Positions 1-9,400 of a DNA stretch of 32,180 bases are shown here, piece by piece (position 1 is the first letter of the stretch; each line of letters starts with the position of its first letter). A model generated the notes under the pieces. The model saw only the letters and a list, made by a program, of their open reading frames with translations. It did no database searches and was not told the origin of the DNA. The stretch comes from Bacteroidales bacterium (GTDB taxonomy: Bacteria; Bacteroidota; Bacteroidia; Bacteroidales; WCHB1-69), in the NCBI GenBank assembly GCA_031257735.1, contig JAIROC010000212.1, positions 1-32,180 on the forward strand, read 5' to 3'. A program made the translations under genes and the position numbers.

Positions 1-95
1 AATTGAATTTGAATACTACTACCGTATTTATCTCTGCTCATACCAACATGGGAATTATACGCCTCAAAGATGAACTGTGGAAACTGCTACAATGA
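1..95 (+). CDS. 3' end of an upstream gene (partial), possibly the C-terminus of a small GTPase
   Basis: Frame 3 is open from the window edge to TGA at 93-95 (...TVFISAHTNMGIIRLKDELWKLLQ*). The ISA..G..L pattern resembles the G5/C-terminal end of Era/EngB/HflX-type GTPases. Only 30 codons are visible and frame 2 is also open up to nt 73, so the call is weak. Confidence 0.3.
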   Translation, partial: LNLNTTTVFISAHTNMGIIRLKDELWKLLQ

Positions 96-185
96 GTTAT
101 GGGTTATGAGTTAGGCTGACGCACGAAAATGCCTAATCAACGCCGTCATTGCAGGTCAAGCCCGCAATGACGGCGTTGTTTGGAC
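92..185 (+). repeat. Copy A of a modular GC-rich intergenic repeat family
   Basis: Modules read directly: heptamers ATGAGTT ATGGGTT ATGAGTT (92-112), GGCTGACGCACGAAA, a hairpin CGCCGTCATTGC (141-152) / GCAATGACGGCG (164-175) with an 11-nt loop, then GTTGTTTGGAC (175-185). The same modules recur at 11151-11364 (inverted), 16624-16705 and 20395-20886. Confidence 0.85.
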
Positions 186-238
186 AGCGTTGATGATTAC
201 TTTTTTATACTATATAGACAGGTTCTAATTATATTGTA

Positions 239-266
239 TTTCCATTTTCCATTTTCCATTTTCAAT
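239..266. repeat. Heptanucleotide tandem repeat (TTTCCAT)x3 + TTTCAAT
   Basis: Read directly at 239-266, about 140-165 nt upstream of the giant-gene start codon. Confidence 0.9.
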
Positions 267-402
267 TGTATCATTCACTATTTCTTGTTATAGATTTCTT
301 TAAAAATCGCCACAAATAGGGAATACATTTTCTTAAAAAATATTCTTCCTTTGCACAACATTAAATATTTGCAATAACAGAATATAATTTAACCATATCA
401 TA

Positions 403-3400
403 ATGAGAAAATGCATTATTATTACACTGATCGGCATATTGATAAGTATGCCTCTTTTCTCCCAGAAGTTCATCTTCACGGAGAACTTTGACAACGATAC
501 TATTCGTTTTAGTCCATCCTCTACGACTTCGTGGAAAATCGACAGTAATTTTCAGCTTAGTCCGCCTAACGGAATACGCGGAATTGTCCCCAATAAAAGT
601 GGAGACAGCGTTATTCTAACCTCGCCTGTTTACAATCTGTCGAACTATAGCTATGTCTATCTGCAATTTGATCATATCTGTAAGGTTTCTCCTATGGATA
701 TGGTCGCTATTGAATACAGAATAAGTAATCAGACGTGGAAACCTATCCCCGTCTTTAGCTACCTGGGTAATGCTAGCAGCTTCCATACTAACGGGTTTAG
801 CGCCAACAGCTATACGCAATGGTTGGGTAAAGATTCTCTCGCATACCCAAACGCGTCATGGTGGAAACAGGAAGTCTTTGATCTCACCGCAGAGACAAGT
901 AAAAGCGACGGTGTACAATTTCGTTTCGTGATAAAGCGCGGTACAGTCTCAGGGACACAAATTTCTTACGGCTGGCTGTTGGATAATATCGAAGTCGTCG
1001 CCTCATCTTATGAGGTTAGACCGCCTTTAGTAACATTTGTTGCTCCTTTCGTTCGGGATACGGTTAACAGTACGGGGACATGGATCATCAACGCTAAAGT
1101 GAAAACCATCACCGCCGCAAGAATAGAAAATCCTTACCTGAAATACACCGCTACCTACCTCGGAACAGTACTTGCTGACGATTCCGTTTCGATGACACTG
1201 ATAAAAGGGGATTCTCTGTGGCAGGCTGTAATACCTCAATTCAGATTCGGAACTAATGTCGTCTATTCCATCACAGGTAGAGACACAACAAATAATTGGG
1301 CATCCGATACTTCGGGATACGTTATCAAAAAACCTGTCCACAACTTCGGAGACATCTCTGTTGCCCTGACTTCCATCGATACGCCTATCTATCAGGTCTC
1401 GGTGGGAAATATCATAACTCCCGTTACCGTTACCCTGCGCAACAAGGGCGACTCCGTCCTGACTTCTGCTACAATTTATTGGAGCGTCAACGGCGTTGAA
1501 CAAACTCCTTTTCCTTGGACGGGAAACCTGATGTGGGACTTTGAACAGCAAGTTACTCTCGGTACATATCTCTCCCGAACAGATGATTACGATACTGTTT
1601 GCGTATGGATTGTCATGCCAAACGGTATAACAGATAATGTCCTGATAGACGATAGCTTAGCGATTATTGTCTATGGGTGCATGTCTATGCACGGCGTCTA
1701 TACGGTGGGAGATGGCGAAATTTTTCCAACTATAACAAGCGCTATAACAGCGTTAAGTTTCTGTCCTCCGCAAGGAAACATCGTTATACAAATGAAGAAC
1801 GGCGTTTATTCAGAAAATGTAAACCTTACTAACAGCAGCGCTTTTATGGGAAAGCATACCTTAACGCTTACCTCTTTGACCGGCGATAAAGACGGCGTTA
1901 TTATACGTCCTTCATCAGGGATCGGTGTTCGATTGAACGCCTCTAATAATATAAGGATAGAAGATATAACCATAGACGTGGAAAAAGGAACGCATGGAGT
2001 ATACTTATCAGGAGCCTGTACCAATGTTGTCATTAATCGATGCAATATTTTTGCTAATCCCACCGCTACAACAGGTACGACAATAAATGCTATCGGCATT
2101 TATAAGCCCTCGAGTTCGGTACTAAATAATTCCGCACATAATGTTCGTGTAGCAAACTGCTTTGTCAATGGGGGATTTTATGGAATTTATTTTGACTCTT
2201 TTAATAAGGACTACAATGACAGCGTCTCTATCGACAGCAATATCGTTATCAATCAAAGCGTATACGGAATTTACTGTCATTTCACAGGATATACAAGCGT
2301 ATCATATAACCAAATCACCTCCCGTTCTGTCGATATAGGAACAACACATGGAACAACTTGGAGAGGATTAACGCTTGACGACGTTAGAAGCCCAAATAAA
2401 ACCCCTGTCGTAAATAATAGGATACGTTCCAATAATCCTAAAATAACAAATCAGTTATATGGTATCTATAACCGTTACGTGGACAGTTGTCTGTTTGCGA
2501 ATAATGAGATATACCTCAATTCTTCCGCTACCACAACTTACGGTATATGGACATCTAATGGAATAGAAGTTGATTACTTCCATAATACGGTTCTCCTTAC
2601 AGGAAAAGGCGGAGCTACTTTCCGCGCATTACATATAGAGAAACCCTCTACCGCTACTCCCTATTTTTATGTATACAACAAGTTCAAAAATAATATATTT
2701 GTCGCCAATGGTGGAACTACTCCTTATGCAATTTATTTACCTTTCACTCCTGACAGTAATTTTCTACATTATTATCAGATAAATTCTAACAATTACTATT
2801 CATCCGGTAATTTAGGATATACGGGAGTAAACAGGGCGGATTTGGCGGCATGGAAATCTGTTATTATTTCAGACAGCAATTCGACAAACAAGCTACCTAT
2901 CTTTTTAGATACCGCTGTCGATTTGAGGATCTCAAACCAAATTCAACTTTATTGTCTCCCCGATACGCTCGTCAGGAATGATATTCGCGATAGCGTCAGA
3001 AATACGCCTACACAAATGGGTTGCTACGAATTTGATCTCTTCGATAATAACGGTTCTCTCTCTCAGTTCTCTGGAATGAGAGAAGGTATATTGCAGGGTG
3101 TAACTGACAGTCTTAAAATCGTATTCACCAATAACGGCAAAGATACTTTACATTCTGTTAATCTGAGCTGGTCTGTCAATGGAACTACTCAATCCTCAAA
3201 AGAATATTTCTTCTCCAAACCACTGTCGTGGATGGAAACCGATACGCTTGATGTCGCTACATTGACCTACCCTTTGGGATATGTAAACGTACAGATATGG
3301 ATTAACAGTCTTAACGGAGGAACTTTATCGGACGAATTTACACAGGACGATACCGTAAAAAATACTGTTTATATCTGTTCAGGGGCTATATCGGGCGTAA

Positions 3401-6400
3401 TTCCTGTGAGTAATACGAGTAACTATTCCACCATAAACTCTTTGCTGGATCATTTATCTATTTGTGGACTTGGTGGAGACGTTACGATTTTATTAGACAG
3501 TGGCGTTTATACAGAGAACTGTGATTTTTCATTTCTGAGCAAAGATACGCTGGGACACAAATTGACCCTTACCTCCAAAAGTGGTAAAGCAGATGACGTT
3601 GTTATCAAAACGGTAAAGGGAAATGCTGTTACCTTATCGGATGTACGTAATCTTACAATAAAAAATATCACCTTAGATGCAACGGTAGACACCACTCAAG
3701 CCATTCTTTTTACAGGAAGCTGTCAAAATATTCTAATAAAAGACTGTAAACTGCTGGGCAACCTTACCACAAACAAAGCTAAAAACGTACTTGTAAACAC
3801 TGCGAATACGGGCGTTATGGACAGTATCTTTTTTATTACCAATCTGTTTAACGGGGGATATCAGGCTGTCGTTTTTAAGGGGGGCATCGATACCTCTCTC
3901 AACGGTTACGGAACTGTTTTTATCTTTGACAGCAACACTGTCAGCAATCAGTATGCCGCTGGCGTTAATCTCTCTTACCTTGACTCTATCCGTTTTTCTC
4001 ATAATACAATAACCCCCAGAACAACTACCTCTTCCACATCCATAGCCGCAGAATGGATTGCGCTTACCCTTAGTTATATCAATGGAGATATTATTGGAAA
4101 CAGGATTTTGGAACGAAATATTGCTATTACAATCGCTCATGGCATGGAGATTTCTTATCATAATTATTATCCTGTCGGACAGGCGCTGGGAAAAGGGCTT
4201 ATTGCAAATAATGAAATCATTCTCACAGAGGGAGACTATTATCTCGGAATATATGTATGTAAAGGGATGTACATTGAAAATTCAAACTCCGAAATTATAC
4301 ATAACTCCATCTACACGACTGCTGTAAGTGGAGCTTATGGACTTCAAATCTATGGCACGACAAATAATATTTCCGTCACAAATAATAATATCGTCATAAG
4401 TGGAACAACTTCTACAACTTCTTATCCCATCTATCTTCCAGCAACATCTCAAAATATATACGATATTGATTATAATAATTTCTATGCGCCGAGTTACATC
4501 GCTTATCTCTCAGGAAACGTAACAACAATCGACGCTTGGAAACAAAAAATGCCTACCGATACTCATTCCGTAAGGGTTTTACCTAATTTTATAGACCTCA
4601 AGACAGGACTCGAACTGTCAGATAATAATTATCTTTACGGAAACTTAATCCCTTCCGTCAGTAGAGACATCAATGGAATAAGCCGTAAAACGCTTACTCG
4701 AATAGGATGTTATGAGGAGAATATCATGAATGCGAATGCGGCTTTAATCGAAATGTCAGCCTTACGAAATGGATTGATTAAAGGTGAAACCGAAACCCTT
4801 AAGATAATCGTCCATAACAGGGGAGCATCTTCTATCACTTCTATTAATCTGAGCCTGCTGATTAACGGTACAACAGAAACAAAACATGAATGTTTCTTTA
4901 CGTCTCCCTTAGCTTGGAAACAGACAGATACCGTTGATTTAACGCTGACTTATATTCCGGGTAATATGACGGTCAAGGTATGGATTAACAGTTTTAATTT
5001 GGAAACGCTTTATGATGACAATCCTAAGAACGACACCCTAAGTACTTCTACTTTTGTCTGTCTTGCCCCTGTTACGGACACCATTAGAATCGGAAAAGAA
5101 GGCGATTATACTAACATCACCTCCGCGTTACAATCTATTCTAAAATGTGGTTATGGCAACATTACGCTTCTAATTGATAGCGGGCTATATGCGGAAAACT
5201 GCGACCTCACCGACATAAACAGATATATGTCTACAAATAAATTAACCATCACCTCCAAAAGCGGTAAGGCATCAGACGTCGTCATCAAGCCCGTCACAGG
5301 AGGAAGAATGAAACTCTCTAATACGCGTAATGTCGTCATCAAAAATATCACTCTTGACGCTACTACCGCCACTACATACGGAATAACATTTGCAGGAGAC
5401 TGTTACAACATTCTGATAAGAGATTGCAGATTTCTGGGAAATCTAACATCTACCAATACTGCAAATATTCTTGTAAACGCATCGACTAACATGAGCGACA
5501 GTATATTTTTTATTAGTAATCTGTTCGAAGGCGGTTACAGGGCTATCAATTTTAAAGGTGGCATCGGCACAGGAGAAGGACAGTACGGAACCAATTTTAT
5601 CTTTGACAGCAATACGCTTACCAAACAATACACTGCAGGAGCCGTTCTCTCCTACCTCGAACTTATCAGCTGTTCTCATAATATCATATCAAGCAGAGCA
5701 ACTAATGTCAGTTCAACATGGAATGCGCTTGCGATAAATCATAGCAACGGTCCTATTATTGGAAATAAAATCACCAGTCTTAGCGCCTCTATATCTTATC
5801 CTATGGGAATGAATATCAGCTGTCATCATTATTTCCCGCTAACAAAAGCAAAGGGAAGAGGGCTCATTGCCAATAATGAAATTACACTTGCAAACTCATA
5901 TAATTATATGAACTCAAGCGCCGCGATAAGAATAGACAGCGTTAAGTCTTACATTGTACATAATTCTGTTCATGTAATTTCCAATCAGGTAGATGCAGCT
6001 TTTTCGATTTTTGGATTACTCATTCCCAAGCTAAACAGCAATGATGTCATTATCAAAAATAATAACATTGTAATAAACGCGACAGCGCCAAATGCAACTT
6101 CTTATCCCATTTATTTCGCAGACACAGGCAGCTTGAATTTATATGATATGGATTACAATAATTACTACAGCGCCAATTATGTTGGATATTATCAACAGGG
6201 AATAAAATCCTTAACGACATGGAAAAAAACAACCGCTTCTGATATGCACTCGGTAAGTTTAATGCCAAATTATATTGATTTCTCAACAGGATTAAAGTTT
6301 TTGGATAATGATTTGTTTCATTGTGATTTAATTCCTGACGTAAATAAAGATATAAACGGGATAAACAGATATGCGCGCACTGTCATGGGATGTTATGAAG

Positions 6401-9400
6401 AGGATATAATCGACATCAATACGACCTTAACTGATATTTTAGGGTTAGATAAGATAGCGGTTTCGACGGGACAAAATGAGCAGATACAAGTTGTCTTTAC
6501 AAATAAAGGTCATACAACCGTCCATACTGCCAAGTTGAAATGGTCGATCAACGGTCAATTACAGTCAGAAAAATACCATACCTTCACTCCTCCACTTTCG
6601 ACATTTTATAGCGATACCATCGACTTAGACATACTGTCTTACATTGACGGAGAGATGAATATCAAAATATGGATTGAACAATTGGATGGAGGAGCGCTCA
6701 TTGATGGAGACAGTCAAAATGATACGGTTATGGCTACTGTCTTTGGCTGTAACAGTATGATTACAAATATTCTTCAGGTAGGCGTCAGCAATATCCATAA
6801 GACCATAAATGAAGCAATAACGGCAGTAGCCCGTTGTGGGGTTGGGGATATTACAATTATGTTGGATGGTGGTTTATATGAGGAGAACTGTAATTTTTCC
6901 ATATTGGACAAATATCTTGCTACAAATACCTTAACGATAACTTCAAAAACGGGAAATGCTACTGACGTTATCATCAAGTCGAGTTCGGAAGCGGCTATTG
7001 TTTTGTCAAATACCCGTAATATTGTTCTGAAAAAGATTACGATAGACGTTCGTTCAACAAATAATCCCTGTATTCTCTTTGCTGGCACGTGTACGAATAT
7101 TTTAGTTAGAGATTGCCGATTGCTGGCAGACACATCCACAACAAATATTTTAAGCGCTCCTGTCTACAAGGGAGCAAAAACGGGAATTGTCGACAGTATC
7201 TTTTTTATCGGTAACCTGTTAGACGGCGGATATGCTGGATTTTATTTCATTGGAGGGGGCGATTATCCTTCCGAATGGGGGAGCCATGTCATCTTTGACA
7301 GTAATATAATAAGTAATACCTATTACTATGGGATTTATACGGAGTATACGGATTTTATTAGCTGTCTGCGTAACAGTATAACGAGCAGAAGAACAAACAC
7401 AGGCTTAGACTGGTACGGCATACAGATAAATAACAGTAAAATTTCTCTTATCGGTAACAGCATTATCCAGCGAAGCAACGCTATTACAAAACCTTATGGC
7501 ATCTATTCATCTATGCATAATTTCAATTATCAGGATATACCTGTCTGTAACAGGGCAATGATTGCCAATAATGAAATCATTCTCAATACAACGATTACGA
7601 CGTCAAATACTTATTCAGGAATATATGCGACAAACACAAGGGCGGAATTTATTAATAATTCTGTTTATTTCTCAGGGACAGGAGCTGCTCGTGGAATTTA
7701 TATCGACAATGCCAAGACAACAAAAAATGATTTAATCATTCAAAACAATAATATTATTACGCAAACGACATATACATCACAGCCTTTGCAATTCAGCGAT
7801 ACGGGAAATATAAGTCTATATAATATTGATTATAACAATTATGGCACATCAACCTATATAGGATATTATGGGAAATCAATTAAATCCATGTTAGATTGGC
7901 AGGATGTAATTCCTTCTGACAGGCATTCGGTAAAGATACTTCCCACTTTCGAAGACAGCAATATCACTAAGCTCGCGCTATCATCCTTTACAGGACTTGC
8001 CTGTCCCTTATACGCTGGCGTTACAAAAGATATTCATGGCATCAGCAGGACTGCAACTACTTCTATGGGAGCCTATCATGGCGTTGGAGATTATCCATTG
8101 ACTTTAAATCTCGCCATGAAAAAGATTATCTGCGATACTATTGTTAGCTATTCGCAAAAAATTTCCGTAAGTATTGAAATAGAGAATGAAGGAACAAATA
8201 TTCTTATTGATAGCGCTGTTTTCGGGTGGAGTATCAATGATGAAATACAGCCTTCCTTCAGATGGATAGCAGGAAGTCGGCTGGGAATTAGAGAAAAGGC
8301 GGAAGTAACTGTCGGTATTTTAGATCCTTCACAAAGAACAAATGTATTCAATATAGTTGTATGGGTAGAAGAAGTGAACGGAGTGACAGACACAGTAACC
8401 TCCAACAATACAGTTAAATCAACAGTCAGGGTACTGTTTACAGGAAGCAATTTACATACGGTTGCTGTGGAGCAGTTAGTTCCAGTTGGACAGTTATGTA
8501 CGGCAGATTCTACATCGCTTAAAGTAAGACTGCAAAATTCCGGTACATTATCGCATGACTTTTCTCTCAATCCTGTAACTTTCCATGTTCGTGTAACAAC
8601 ACCAGATACATTTAAACTTGATAAAGTCATTTCGTCAGGTGAATTAAAGTCAGGCGAGACGGTTATCATCGAGCTGACGGATAATTTTCCCATCGTTGCT
8701 GCTGGCGAATACGATATAAATGTATGGATAGACAGCCTAAGTAATATTCTTTATGATGATACCCTGATGCATTATTTTATTTCGGGTAAATTCAGTTTAC
8801 CGGTGGATGAGTATTTCGATAATAATTTTCCTGTGGAATTTAACCAGCAAAGCAATAATTTGCTTTATCAGTGGCAGATCATACCGGAAGGTATTGATGG
8901 GGACAGTGTTGTTGCGCCACAGTTTGGAGATGGGATGCTATCATTTAGAGGTGATTTGGGAAGTATGTCAACATTATCTACGAGACAGTTGGATTTAAGT
9001 CGTACGGAGCAGCCATCGTTATCGTTCTGGTATTTTCACGATACAATTCCCAATGAAGACTATACAGATGTCCGTATTACAGTAGACGGTGGTACAACTT
9101 ACACAACACTTTTCTCTCTCGAAAAATACAATTCTGTATATGGTTGGAAACAATACAGTACCGATTTACCGATATTTGCGGTCAATCAATGCGTTATCAT
9201 TGCTTTCGAGGCTATGGAGAAGACACGCAGTACAGATATTACCCAATACATTGACAGAATATTTATTACGGCGAAACAGGACATAGCTGTGACAGATATT
9301 TTTGCGTCGTCATATAGCATCTGTGATCTCGAAGAAAAAAAGTTGAATGTGGTACTAAGCAACCTTACTGATCCGATTTTGAATTACGATTCGATGATAG

